DNA from: Octopus sinensis
Taxonomy: Eukaryota
Assembly: GCF_006345805.1 (NCBI RefSeq)
Contig: NC_042999.1
Span: 150,474,001-150,538,000, forward strand
DNA: 64,000 bases
Direction of reading: 5' to 3'
Shown: in pieces, positions 9,535 through 22,742 of the stretch
Layout of the letters: each line of letters opens with the position of its first letter
Position numbering within the stretch: position 1 is the first letter of the stretch
The notes under the pieces: model-generated
Told to the model about the DNA's origin: nothing
The model's database searches: none
The model's input: the letters and a program-made list of their open reading frames with translations, nothing else
Made by a program: the position numbers and the translations under genes

Positions 9535-10035
9535 TTCAGAAGAGAGGGAGAGAAAAAGTGTGTGTCTGTGTGCGACGTGCGTAAGAGAGAAATAGAAATG
9601 TGAGCGATTGTGAGAGAGAAAGCGATGTGTGAGAGAAAGAAGAGTGATAAATAGAGTAAGAGAGAATGAGGAAGAATGTGAGCGACGGTATGAAGGTGAC
9701 AGAATGAGAAAAGGTGAAAGACAAATAGAATGAGAGTGTGTATGCGATAGCGAGAAAGAGAAAGAAAAAGAAAGAGAGCGAGAGAGAGAAAAGGGCGAGA
9801 ATGTGTATGTGTATGTGTGTGTGAGTGAGTGAGAGAGAGAGAGAGAGAGAGAAAGAGAAGAGAAGAAACAACCAGAGTGAGGGTGTAAGTGTGTGCGACA
9901 GTGAGACGGAGAAGTAGAGCTAGAAGGAGAAAGATTGAAAAAGAAGACAGTGAGAATGAGAGTATGTATGTGTGAAACAGAGAGAGAGAGAGAGGGTGAG
10001 GGAGAGAGAGAGGGTGAGAGGGAGAGAGAGAGAAT
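9535..10035. repeat. GA/GT-rich low-complexity tract
   Basis: Purine-rich degenerate (GA)n/(GT)n; the ORFs called here are S/L/H low complexity. Confidence 0.85.
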
Positions 10036-11699
10036 ATTGTTGAATAAACGGAAAGTGACTCTCCCAGTTGGAGGTGTCATGTGACCGGCCTATTCACCAT
10101 TAGTTGGAATGATGTCGTTGAGTGTATAATGGAATATAGATGCAGCTCCCTGATGGACTTTTATTGTCCAGCTCATGATTCGGGGGTCCTGACTACTGAC
10201 CACACACACCTGTAATGGTCAATACGTCATGAGTACCAATATAAACAATTCTTACCTACATTTAAAACAGTCTTGAGGGGAAAAAAAGACACAAAAAGCA
10301 AGGAAGACAATTCAACAACAAAAAACAAAAAGTGAGTGAGAAAAAACGAACAGAAAACTCAAAAATTAATTAAACAAAACACAAAGGTAACAGTAATTAT
10401 ATCTCAGCATGTTTTCTTTGATAATTTAAATGCATATTGTAGTTTTTAATTAATAGAGCTTGTTTATTTTGCATTTTAAACTACCTATGGGAACTGAAAA
10501 AATAAATTTCCACCCCACGAATGGAGAAATTTGTCGTCGTTTTATAAATAGGAAGGACACATTGTTAGATGTCTTTAGAGACTGGGATGGTTATAGATGG
10601 TGCTTATATATAATATGTATATATATATATATATATATATACTATATCAAGTTAACCTACTATTAAACAACCACAGGGTATCTAATCTACTATTCATATT
10701 TTGAGATTTACGAACTACGAATCTTTTTCTCTCGCACTCTCACAATATAATATAATGTAATACACGCACACACCAAGGTGATATTTATATATATATATAT
10801 ATAAATATATATAAACTGATGCAATTAAAAACTAGGTTTGATGGGCTCATCTTCGCGTGTGTATTCATTCGATCATTGCAATTTTTTTCCTTTTATTATT
10901 TCTGCAGTTTTAATAGCAGATAACCCTAGAAGTTACTAAAAGAAAAATAACCCAAGATACTAATTACAATATTTTTACTTAATTCTACATGCATTACCGT
11001 GTAGTATTGCCTTCCTGGTTATAGTGTGTGTATATATATACATAAGTTGGTTCATTCCTTGCACCAACAAAAAAATGCAGTATTAGAAAATCTTGCAAAT
11101 AGAGTCTCAGGAGTAGGGTCGTAGAGAGGGCGAAAGTAATTATGCCAAAAATACAATTTGGTCACAGGTAGAACGCTTCTAAAGAAAAATTGGCCATTTA
11201 GGAAAACAGACTGATTTTTATAAAGCATTCAATATCAGGAAATAGCGACTAAACTCATGTTTGAAACAAATTGTTAAAAAAGGAAATTTTTAAAAAGACT
11301 TCATCAAAATAATCGTAGCCCCAAACTCATCCTAAACCTTAATCTCAAAATCCTTACTCCGGGGACTTTGTTTCAGCGTAACTTTTTTTTAATAATGCAT
11401 TTTTGTTTTCTTTTTCGTAAGGTATCAACCATTTCCCATTTTGAAAATGTTCTATTTCGGAGCTTTAAATTCAAGGATATCCGTGTATGATTGTCATACG
11501 CACGTTTAAGAAACATTTTGAATCGTGCATAAATTTATGGTCGACTCTATAAGTTTCTTAAAGATTCACTTCTAAATATTACAATTGCATGTGATATGCT
11601 TTTTTTTTTTTTTTTTTTAAAAAAAGGTCTAATTTATTGTTTTACTTTTCTGTATCATTTGTTGCTGATATTTTAAAGGCAGTTTTTGCTGTTTTTGTA

Positions 11700-11922
11700 A
11701 TGGATTAACATACATGAACGGCAGGTTATATCATAATCACGCACTCGCTTTAAATTGCACAACACAAACAGGTCGGATTGTATTTCTATCCAGCCAACGG
11801 ACATATGAGAAAATAGCTGGAAAATTCTCAAATAACGAAGGCAGTACGCAAGTACTTGTTTGCACGTCAAACTTTGATACTACGATCCTCATATTTACTT
11901 CATGGGTGATTGCTGTGACAAT
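11700..11922 (+). promoter_or_regulatory. Candidate first exon/promoter region of the downstream SLC35C1-like gene
   Basis: Unique CpG-containing DNA at the CpG-rich/CpG-poor boundary. The donor AT|GTAAGA at 11923 is phase-compatible with the acceptor at 23713. Speculative. Confidence 0.25.
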
Positions 11923-12708
11923 GTAAGATTGATGGCTTTATTTAGGTAGTATTGAATTGAATAGAAGTGTTTAACAGGCGTGACTGGTAGGCGTTATTAT
12001 GTAGGTTAAGTATCTACAGATTCAAACTCCGTATTGATGTTCATTTCAAAAACTATCGACCCTAAATTTGTAAACATTCATATTACATAGCACACACATG
12101 CATGTGAGTGTGTGTTATATTCACCCACGCACTTACGAAATTATCTTCCCTTTCCTTCTCTTCTGATCCACAATTTATATTCTCCCTTACACTCACCCTC
12201 TTGTATCTTGAAAGTACGCTATCTTTATCACCTTTCCTGCTATTCTCTCTGACCCGCGCATAATGTGGAGTAGCCATATATTTCCTCTGTAGTTAGACAC
12301 CTGCGCTTTTCTCCACTATCATACTTTAGCCTTCTACACCGGACATAAAGCTGCCCCCCCCCTCGGTTGAAGGGGCTTTTCTCTTTCCCTTTCTTTATCT
12401 TGTCTTACCAGTTATTTAGTGACCTCAGTGGTGCCAGTATCATGAAAAAAGGCACCCACTACTCTGTAAAATGTTTGACATTAGGAAGGGCATCCAACTG
12501 TAGAAACCATGCCAAAGCTGATGTTGGGGTCTGACATTAAGGGAGGATAATGATGATGGTTGTCTATGAAGGTTGTAATACCAATAAAAACTGCCTCATT
12601 CTTTCAAACAGTGCAACTTTTGCCAGCACGGAAAACAATTATGTATCATCATAAAATGTTGATGATGATGATATATAATGCTTAGTCATTACTTATATTT
12701 TATCTCTC

Positions 12709-13075
12709 TCTATATAAACGGCAGTTTGTCTGTGCGTGTTTCTGTGTGTCTGTTTTCTCGTACCCTCACTCTGACCACGGCTTTCAACCGATTCTGATGA
12801 AACTTGACACACACATAGCCCAATGTCATAATTCAAAACTAACGCAGCGAAAATTTTGAAAAGTTCCCCCAGTTCTGAAAAAAATCGATAAATTCGACAT
12901 GGGGTCGAGAATCAGAAACTCAAACCACAGACCGTCTACGGGACGCAACTCCACCTTTTTTAACTCTTAAAAAAATTTACCATTATTTTTTTTCCATTTT
13001 TTTGCTATAACTCTCTAAAAATGCTTTATAGTTATTTCCCTTACAAACCTGAGCAACGCCGGGCGATACTGCTAG
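12709..13075 (+). mobile_element. Non-autonomous Helitron
   Basis: 5' TC(TATATAA) start and 3' GAGCAACGCCGGGCGATACTG-CTAG end followed by T, typical Helitron termini. Confidence 0.7.
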
Positions 13076-13479
13076 TCTGGGATATTTTGAGAAGTTGTCT
13101 CTTATGAGGGAATAATTAAAATTAAAGACAATATTAATTCTTAGTCCCTTCCTTTGCTTTTCAACCACATACACTTAGGTTAAAACCCATTGCACTGAAC
13201 CTTATGCACATGCCTTGTTATTGCCTTGGGCCTGCCAATAACTTGTAAGTGGAATTAATGTATATATTTCCAACCTTCATTTTCTGTGCTGGCATGGGTT
13301 GGACAATATTTTGTCATTACATGTTTTCTTTCTTGGATATTTTGAAAAGTTTCTTTTTTATCATCACCACCACTTGACAACTGGTTCTGGTTTGTTTATG
13401 TCCCTGTAACTTAGTGATTTGGGGAAAGAGACTGATAGTATAAGTACAAGACTTACGGAAAAAAAACAAAAAACAAGCA

Positions 13480-13722
13480 CGGTGGCACGTCAAAAGCACC
13501 ATCCGATCATGGCTGTTTGCCATCCTCGTCTGGCACCTGTGCACGTAGCATGTAAAAAGCACCCACTACACTCACGGAGTGGTTGGCGTTAGGAAGGGCA
13601 TCCAGCCGTAGAAACACTGCCAGATCAGACTGGGCCTGGCGCAGCCTTCTGGCTTCCCAGAGCCCAATTGAACCGTCCAACCCATGCTAGCATGGAAAAC
13701 GGACGTTAAACGATGATGATGA
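13480..13722 (+). mobile_element. RTE 3'-UTR-derived SINE/truncated RTE
   Basis: AAAAGCACCCACTACACTC..TTAGGAAGGGCATCCAGC..CATGCTAGCATGGAAAACGGACGTTAAAC(GAT)n matches the 3' end of the RTE at 57824-58000. More than 15 similar copies are present (e.g. 17295-17580, 31100-31545, 37590-37990, 53100-53510). Confidence 0.85.
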
Positions 13723-13792
13723 AGCACTAGTGTCAATTTGTTCAACTAAAACCCCTCAAGGCAGTGGTCTAGCATGGCTGCAGTCCAATGAC

Positions 13793-13874
13793 TGAAACCA
13801 GTAAAAGATAAAAAAGCGACGGTAATGATTATTTCTAATCATTACCGTCGCTTTTTTATCTTTTACTGGTTTCA
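13793..13874. repeat. Perfect 39-bp fold-back hairpin with 4-nt loop
   Basis: TGAAACCAGTAAAAGATAAAAAAGCGACGGTAATGATTA-tttc-exact reverse complement. Confidence 0.95.
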
Positions 13875-14559
13875 TTCATTTTGATTAGTTCTGACTTGGA
13901 ATTAAACAATAACAGGTGTATAGAAAGGCACTAGGAAGTGGAGAGATGACATTCAGAATGTCACATTATACCACGCCACCACCACCACCACCACCATGTG
14001 ATTCACCATAGCAATTTGAGAATATGCTGTATGTTCCTCAGTTAGGTAGAAGCATAACATATCTGGGAAACTAAAACTATTAATTGCACCTAGTTGTTCA
14101 ATCAACAAACTGGATACTCTCAGCTTGCTCAGTTTGCAGTAATATTATTAATACAACATGTATGAGTTCAAATACTGGTTTATTTCTTTTAATGTGTCTA
14201 TCTTCAGAGCAGACGGTGTCAATTCAAAGAAAAATAAATGAAAAAATTTGCACATATATTTGTAGTTTGTATGACAAATTGTCATATTAAAAAGTGGCTT
14301 TCTTTTGATAGTGTCAGTGGTCTCCTTTCTTTTGTTAAAAATTTCTCTTTTAACCAAGCATTATTTACAGATATTTCCTAATCCTTTAGTATGCAGATTA
14401 TTCTGTCAAATCTCTTTACCACTTATCTTTTAAATCAAGATCACAGTTTTTAAGTTTAGAATGCTGTATCCACCAAGATAGATATTTAGATAAATGTAAA
14501 TTCTCCCTAAATTTCAAGGGCCTTAGAAATATCATTGGTAAACCATGGTTTTCTGGTGT

Positions 14560-15500
14560 TAAGCAGATAGAACAGATTTCAATATCCTATCCTGGAAATT
14601 GATCACAGGTCATATTTCCAGGCAATCTGGTACCCATTCTTGATCTTCTTTCATTCTTTAGGTGCCTTGTCCAGAATGTAGACCAGGGACAATGATGTCC
14701 TGCCACAATTCTCTGTTCTTCATTTTCTGTAACAGTTCCACTTCCTGATGTTTAATGTCTCTTTCTTCTAACCAGTTTGTCAAGCTTGACATCCATATCA
14801 TCCTTCTCACTTCCTCTGTTTCTTTTCCCTTCAGTCTTTCTGGTCATTACTGAATTCACCTGGCCCTCTTTCCTCATCACACGACGAACAAATCTCAGTT
14901 GCTTGGCCCTTATCTCATGAAGCAGTTTCCTATTTATCACAACCCTGGATATCACTTCTTCATTAGACACTTTGTCCATGCTATCCTTAATATTCTCCGA
15001 AAGAACCACATTTCACAGCTCTCCAAACACTTTCTCATTTCTGATGTTATAGACCTAGTCTTTAGACCTACATTAGCGCAAGGTAGACATAGCAGTTCAA
15101 TAAATGGGTCTTCGTCTTGATCTTCAGAGTATATTTTCTCAAGATATACAATTTTGAGAATTCAGGTTTTGCAAGCACTATTTGTCTTTTGATCTCCTTC
15201 ATACATCTTGTGTCTTCTGTGATTAAAGTTCCAAAGTAGTTAAAGGATTAATGATTTGATTGTTAGCTTTCATCATGCACTTTGGACTTCCCTTCTTTAT
15301 CACCACCATACACTTTGTCTTCTGGCAATTTATGAACAGACCCTTCCTCTCACTTTCTCAGAAGCCTCTGAAGCTCCTTTTCCAATTCTGCAAGTAAGGC
15401 TGTCATCTGCCTATCTCATGTTTGTGATATTTCTGTCTCCTACCCTAAAACCTTTTTCCTTCTCCACTCCCCTTATGATCAATTCACCATAGTAATTGAA
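14560..15500 (-). mobile_element. Old RTE-clade LINE 3' fragment
   Basis: Minus frame DKVSNEEVISRVVINRKLLHEIRAKQLRFV..VMRKEG..VMT.KTEGKRNRG resembles the RTE ORF2 C-terminus; heavily decayed. Confidence 0.7.
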
Positions 15501-15730
15501 GAAATCTGGTGACATAACCTGTTCCTGATAGCTAAGTGAATTAAAGTGCAATGGAATTGTGTTAAATAAATAAAAAACATGTAAAGCACAGGCATGGCTG
15601 TATGGTTAAGAAGTTTGCTTTGTAGACTGTCTCATAGCACAGCATCTCAGGCATATTTTGCTATAGCTCTGGGCCTTGTGAGTAAAGTGGGCAGATGGAA
15701 ATTATAAGAAGCTTGTGCTCAGATGGCAAC

Positions 15731-15952
15731 TACGAAGGGGTGCTGAAAAGTTCCTGACTTAAAGGGTATCGTGAAAAGCCTGGTTGGAGGCCCAATCTTC
15801 CAAGTTCTTTTACAGGGCTTAGAAAAACTGAAGGACCACTGCAATGCATGTGTGAATCTGAGAGGGGAATATATTGAATAAAATCATAATTAACTGATCT
15901 GCCTGTATTTTCTTTTACCCAAAGCCAGGAACTTTTCATCACCGCTTCATGT
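15731..15952 (+). mobile_element. Mariner-derived MITE/internal deletion derivative
   Basis: TIRs TACGAAGGGGTGCTGAAAAGTTCCTGACTT and AAGCCAGGAACTTTTCATCACCGCTTCA, with a remnant transposase C-terminus GLEKLKDHCNACVNLRGEYIE*. Confidence 0.8.
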
Positions 15953-17114
15953 GTGTGTATGTGTACATGAATGTGAATGGCTTTCCTCATCACCACTTGA
16001 GTGAATTCTTTGCTGACATTGTGACCAGTTGCTTTGTGCTTTCAAAGACCTGTGGAATTGAAAGAAAAACCCTTAGTTGAAAAATCCTCAATCATACCCT
16101 ATTGAGGAAATGGGTATAAAATGAATGAACAAACATCTCCAGTGAATTTGATGTTTTTGTTATGTTGAATTGGACTACAGCTTTTTACCTTGGATCCCAA
16201 TACCATATCCAAATAGGCAATTCATTTGTACAAACTAGTTAATGTGGTGGTCATATCTAGAATGTTGTTCATATGGCGAAGTACAAGCCACCACCACTAC
16301 CACAACAGACATACAAGCTACATATACATTTTGAAAGGGAATTTCTGTGTGGTCATTCAACTTGCTAGAAATAATGGTTGAATCTCCTTCAAATCTTGAC
16401 CCACACTTTTTAAAGAAAGGACTACATTAGATGATACAGTTTTATGTGGTACTAAGAAGATGAAATGGTCGTGGACGGAATTCTTTTGATTATAGGTCTA
16501 CTCATTTGGAACTGATCTGGTGACTAAACAACAAAGACATCATCATCCAAAATTCTGAATCCTCTAGGTTCTTCCCCGTCTTAGTCTGTTCCATCCCAAC
16601 AACAATTCTGGTTTGGCAAAATGGAAAATACTACTAGAATCTGGAAACGAAGGCAACACTTTTGAAAATAGTGGTTATTAACATGTTGGATGTCATCAAG
16701 CAGGCCTATAATCAATTACTCCAACCATGGCTATCCTTACTTTTATTTTAAGTGTAAGATTATATTATCCTCTGTGACTGCATTTTTTTTTTTTTTTTTT
16801 TTGACAGCAGATGCTTTGAGGAGAATAATAGTTGGTTATTTTTAGTAGCGTGAGCCATCACAGGCGGGTTTCCTCATTGGTTCAATCACAATGTTTGTTC
16901 ATTATTATGAGTCACAATTTGGTTACTGCTTAAAATTATTTTTCCTAAAATAAAAATTTAAAAAATCTTTTGATAGTTAACCCAGTTCTGTGGCTATTCT
17001 CTTTCTATAATTTTTACTTTGTATGGAATAAGAATGACCAGTTTTGGGTTTGATTTATAATGCATTTAATTAAAAAGTTACTTCTGGTGTATATTGGAAA
17101 TGTAATATGTATGG

Positions 17115-17580
17115 GTGGAGGTGTGGCTATATGGTAAGAAGTTTGCTTCCCACTCACCTGGTTCTGGGTTCAGTCCCACTTCATGGCACCTTGGGTAAGT
17201 GTCTTTTACTATAGCCTCAAGCCAACCAAAGCCTTGTGAGTGGATTTGATAGACAGAAACTGAAAGAAGCCCAGTTTATATATATATATATATGTATCGT
17301 TACCAATGTCGCCTTACTGGCACCTGTGCTGGTGGCATGTGTAAAAGGATTCTATCGAGGTCATTGCCAGTACTGCCTGACTGGCCCCCATGCTGGTGGC
17401 ACATAAAAAGCACCCACTACACACTTGGAGTAGTTGGCGTTAGGAAGGGCATCCAGCTGTAGAAACTCTGCCAAATCAAGATTGGTGCCTGGTGCAACTA
17501 TCTGGTTCACCAGCCCTCAGTCAAAATCGTCCAACCCATGCTAGCATGGAAAGCGGACGTTAAACAATGATGATGATGAT
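17115..17580 (+). mobile_element. SINE family C head followed by RTE-tail SINE
   Basis: Homology to 4147 (head) and 13480 (tail); ends in (GAT)n. Confidence 0.75.
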
Positions 17581-20104
17581 ATATATATTGTTGCTGTTAT
17601 TTAAAAGTGTCATAAGTCCAAAACGTTGCTTTTTTAGAAAACAAAAAAATACTTTCACCATTCCATTCCTTTTTTTTACATTAACAACAGTTTCAGCTAA
17701 AACAATAATACTTTGTTGGGTGCATAAAATCATAACTCCATGCACGTATGATATTTTCAGTTAGAAATGTTTTTGCAAAGCTGTCATATGTGGGACTTAC
17801 TACACTTTTGAAAAATACTAAACCGTTGTACTACACTTTGATAATTTTCATCTGGAGCAGCTGGCGATACAATAAGTTTGACCAAAAGAACCAGCTATTG
17901 CAAGCAAAAATAAATATTGAAAAAAAAAAAACATTTGGCCAAATTTGGACATATGACAGTTTAACACACACACACATGTATCTCTTTGCATCTGTGTCTG
18001 TTCCCCCTCCCCAGCTTGACATCAAGTGTTGGTTTATTTACATTCCTGTATCTTAGCATTGAGGAAAAGGAAACCGATAGAATGAGTACTAGGCTTTAAA
18101 AATGCAGAAAATGAGATGTCTCCTGGGATAAATTCTTTTGACGAAAATATTCTACAAGGCAGTGCCCCAGCATGGCCACAATCTAATGACTGAAACAAGT
18201 TAAAGATATAGGATATGTTCATTCATTTTCGTTTTTATGTCCATTTTATCATTCTGGCATGGGTTAGACAAATCTGTCATCAAGGCATTGTTTTGCAGCT
18301 CGATGCCCTTCCTGTCTCTAAGACTTGTTTTCTTTTTTTTCTTTTTAGTAAGGGGTTTCTTATTCACACATTTTCAAAAGCATAAAGCTGTCAGTTCCCT
18401 TCTTGACAGGGAATTGACAGCAAATATCCATTTTGAATAGTTTTAGAGGAGCTGGTAAAGCCAGGGGCTGCACCAGGCTCCATAGTCTGTGTTTGCCATG
18501 GTTTTTACAGCAATCACTTTACAGAGTGTACTGGGCACTTTTTATGTGACACCAGCACAAGTGCTTTTTATCTGGCATCAGCACTAGTGCTATTAATGTG
18601 GCACCATATCTCGTGTTGTGCTTTTTTGCAATACACACTACCAAAATTTTTTGACTCTGGGTCCAGATATACATTCCATTCCTATATTCTTATGTTAAAT
18701 TGTATTATCAGAGCAGGGACAGACTAGGTTGTTATGGAAAAGAGTTGCATAATATTAGAATAAAGACAAAACTAAATGTTGGTATTTTGAATACATTTAA
18801 TATACGTGTTCCTTTTCTGATTAAATATATGTTAATCAAGAGTAGATTATTTATAATAGTTTCTGTCTACTGTAATTTGTATATTATGCAAATAAAAGTA
18901 ACTGGAGAACTATTGATATTTTAAAGTCGATAGTTGTATAGTAGACTGTTACAAGATAACTGCTGATGGAGCCTTTTAGCTCCATCTACCTGACACCACT
19001 TCTGCTAATTCTTTCATATAAAACCACCTGTTTCAGCTTATTTGATATTTCAGTTAAAACTGCCCATCATTAATTTTATGTAAGAATAGAGAGATATTGT
19101 TGTCTCAAATACCAGCAAAATCTATTGAATAATGAGCCAAAGAGGCAATATCTACACAATCAAACTGCTCAAAATAGCAACCAAATTGCATTTTACTATC
19201 TTGAAAGAGAAGGGTCAGATTGGGTTATGTAGAGGAAAAACAAGCTAAAACAAATAGCTAAGTCTAAATGAGATGGAAGAAAATAAAAGTAGAAAGCTTA
19301 GATAATTATCAGCCCTTAATTTATTAAATTAATGACACAAACCAATTAGAGACCTATATCATAGCCTGTTTATTCACATCTGTTGTATTGTACTCAAGAA
19401 GACCTGCCCACCACAAAAAAAATTTGTATGCAAAAACAGATGTGCCACATAAAAAGAACTGACAATGGCGCTACATAAAAAAGCACTCTGTACATTGTGG
19501 AGTGGTTGGCATTAGGAAGGGCATCCAGCTGTAGAGGCCAAGCCAAAGCAGGCTATGGAACTTGGTGTGGCCCCTGGTCCCACCAACTCCTCTCCATGCC
19601 AGTGTGGGAAACAGGCGTTAAATAATGAAGTGTGGGGACATTTTGAATTTGTGGTCTTTATACAGTTTGGCTACAAATAAAAAATAAAAAAACATGATCA
19701 TAATTGGATTGCCTTTGGTGGTTGGGACCAATCTTCTACTTCTTCACCAGATATGCAGGGTGTGGCAGCGGCCATTATAGTATTGCTGCATCAGACCCTC
19801 AAATATTACTGATCTTTCATGCTTGCATTATTTTTCTACAACCTCACTTTGATTCATTCATCTTGTTAATATCTGTTTTTCCTATGCTAGCAGGGTCGAT
19901 GGGGTGGGCATGGTTTATACAGTCAGATGATCATCATCTCACCAGCCCACCTGTTTTTCAAGTATGAGATTTGTTCAGATCCGGTAGGTGTTTGAAAACA
20001 AACAGTCGTAATGTCAACAAGGAAAGTAAACATCAAAGCAGTGTTTTGCTCCCACAAAGCTGAGGAGTGTCATTCATGCATATATATATATATACATTCA
20101 TGCA

Positions 20105-20320
20105 TATATATATATATATCATCATCATCATTGTTTAACGTCCATTTTCCATCCTGGCATGAGTTGGACAGTTTGACTGAGGTCTGGAGAGCCAGCAACT
20201 GCACCAGGCTCCAGTTTGATCTGGCAATGTGTCTACAGCTGGATGCCCTTCCTAATGCCAACCACTCCAAAAGTGTAGTGGATGCTTTTTACATGCCACC
20301 GGTATGGGAGCCAGTCAGGG
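20105..20320 (-). mobile_element. RTE-tail SINE (minus)
   Basis: (CAT)n-TGTTTAACGTCCATTTTCC..GGATGCCCTTCCTAATGCCAACCACTC. Confidence 0.8.
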
Positions 20321-20714
20321 GGTATAAGTACAGGACATCACCAACAAGTGAAAAATACGTAAACACATAGTGAGGACAATATATATATACACACACACAT
20401 ACAGTGGACTTTCTACAGTATTGCCTCCTGCAAATTTACTTACAAGGCATTGTTAAGCCTAGGGCTACAGTAGAAGATGCTTGCCTGAAATGCTGTGTAG
20501 TGGGACTGAACTTGAAAACTTGTGGTTGGGAAGCAAACTTCTTGACCACACAGCCATGCCTTTGCCTGGTTGTAAATACTTAAAAAACTGTTTGGAACCC
20601 TGTTGAATAGATTGTACCTGTCTGTCATGTAAATGTTCAGCTTTCTCACACACAGTCAGACTGTCTCTGATGATTACATTAATAGTAGAGATGACTGTGG
20701 AATACTCAACCACA

Positions 20715-21535
20715 GCCCACTTATGAATGCCTTTCCTCCTTGACACAAACCGGTTGAGGCAAGCGAAGTCGATATAGAACTCATCCTCCGACAGACAACA
20801 CCCATCCCAACCCCCCATGCTTGCGAAGACATTTTGGGGCAAGCGAAATCGAAATCGAAATCGAAACCGAATTGAACCAGCCAGGATCCCTGGCCTGGTG
20901 GTACGTAAAAAGCACTATCCGACTCGGGGCCGTGGCACGTAAAATACTCCAATGCGACCGTACGACAGGCACCCATGCCAACCCCCTTTGCTTGTGAGAC
21001 ATGTTGGGGCAAGCGAAATCGAAATCGAATTGAACCAGCCAGGATCCCTGGTCTGGTGGTACGTAAAAAGCACTATCCGACTCGTGGCCGTGGCACGTAA
21101 AATACTCCAATGCGACCGTACACAGGCACCCTTGCCAACCCCCTTTGCTTGTGAAACATGTTGGGGCAAGCGAAATCGAAATCGAATTGAACCAGCCAGG
21201 ATCCCTGGTCTGGTGGTACGTAAAACACTATCCGACTCGTGGCCGATCCAGCACCGCCTCGACTGGCTTCCGTGCCGGTGGCACATAAAATACACCAATC
21301 TGACCGTGGCCGTTGCCAGCCCCGCCTGGCACCTGTGCAGGTGCACGTAAAAAGCACCCACTACACTCACGGAGTGGTTGGCGTTAGGAAGGGCATCCAG
21401 CTGTAGAAACATTGCCAAATTAGACTGGAGCCTGTGCAGCTTCTGGCTTCCCAGAACCCCGGTCGAACCGTCCAACCCATGCTAGCATGGAGAACGGACG
21501 TTAAACGACGATGATGATGATGATGATGATGATGA
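20715..21535 (+). mobile_element. Truncated RTE 3' end with internal tandem-repeat expansion
   Basis: Repeated blocks GGGGCAAGCGAAATCGAAATCGAATTGAACCAGCCAGGATCCC..GGTACGTAAAA and a long (GAT)n tail. Same subfamily as 61981-62800 (-). Confidence 0.8.
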
Positions 21536-22742
21536 TACTAATTCAATGAGCAGTTAGTACAATTAATTGAACTACTCATTGTTCAAATCAATTAAGATCC
21601 ATTACTTCTAATGTAGTAACCACCAATTATGTGAGAGTGCATGGATTAGTGGTTAGGGTGTTGCACTCACTATCATGGGATTGTGGTTTCAATTTCTGGA
21701 CTGGGTAGTGTGTGTATTCTTGAGCAAAATACTCCATTTCACTTTGTTCAATCATTTTGTCACTTGATGTAAGATACACAGTATGCCTGTTGATTTGATT
21801 TGATTTGATGGAAGGAGCTGAGCTTATGTACATCACATACATTTAATCACCATGTGGCACTTTGGGTAGGTGTCTTCCACTATAGCCCCGAGCCGACCGG
21901 AGCTTTGTGATTGAATTCGGTAGGTGGAAGTTACTGCCATGTGTGTATGTGTGCGTATAGCTGCTCAGTGCCTCTCCGAAAGAGAGAGAGGGAACCAATT
22001 CATTTGTGTAAGTTGTTCTGCAATTAATTGCTTAACCATCTTCGACGGTGAGAGACTATCATACTTACACGCATACTGTATCCATCTATTAAGTTTACAT
22101 GTTGTAATAGATAATAGACAGCTAGCCATTTATCTTTTGACATCGTATACAGTCATTTTGATAACGATCTGCATCTGCCAGAGACTGTCTTTGGTTTCAT
22201 TGCAAAACCTGTCATTTTCATAGAGTTTGTATTTACATCCAAGACATCCATCAAAATTTTGGTCAGGCATTTTGTTATGGTTCCAAGACCAGTTTCCTCA
22301 TGAAATTATTTATTATTTTCAAAATTAATTAAAATGTATTGGCAGTGTATTTTGTAGGAAATAAGGATTAAAATTGGAAAGACATTAGTTTGTGATAATT
22401 CAAAATAATAATGATGACAAAAATTAAAGTAACCATCTTTGATGGTATAAAAGACACACATATATGGAGTTAGACCTATATTACATTTTTTAGTATTCAA
22501 AAAAATTCTCTTTTTTCCTGAACATGTCCTGCTGAAATTGATGCATCTAATAAACCCCAGGTGTCTGTTTATGCCATCAAATATGGTAATATTTAAAACT
22601 CTGTGTATCATATTAAATGAATACAGACTTTTAGAAGGCTTGAAGCTGTGAAAGCCCCAAAAAAAGACGAAATACATCTGTTGTTCAATTCTATATTTCT
22701 GAGGTGAGGAATTTATATTATGTGCCCTATTTACACCAATCT

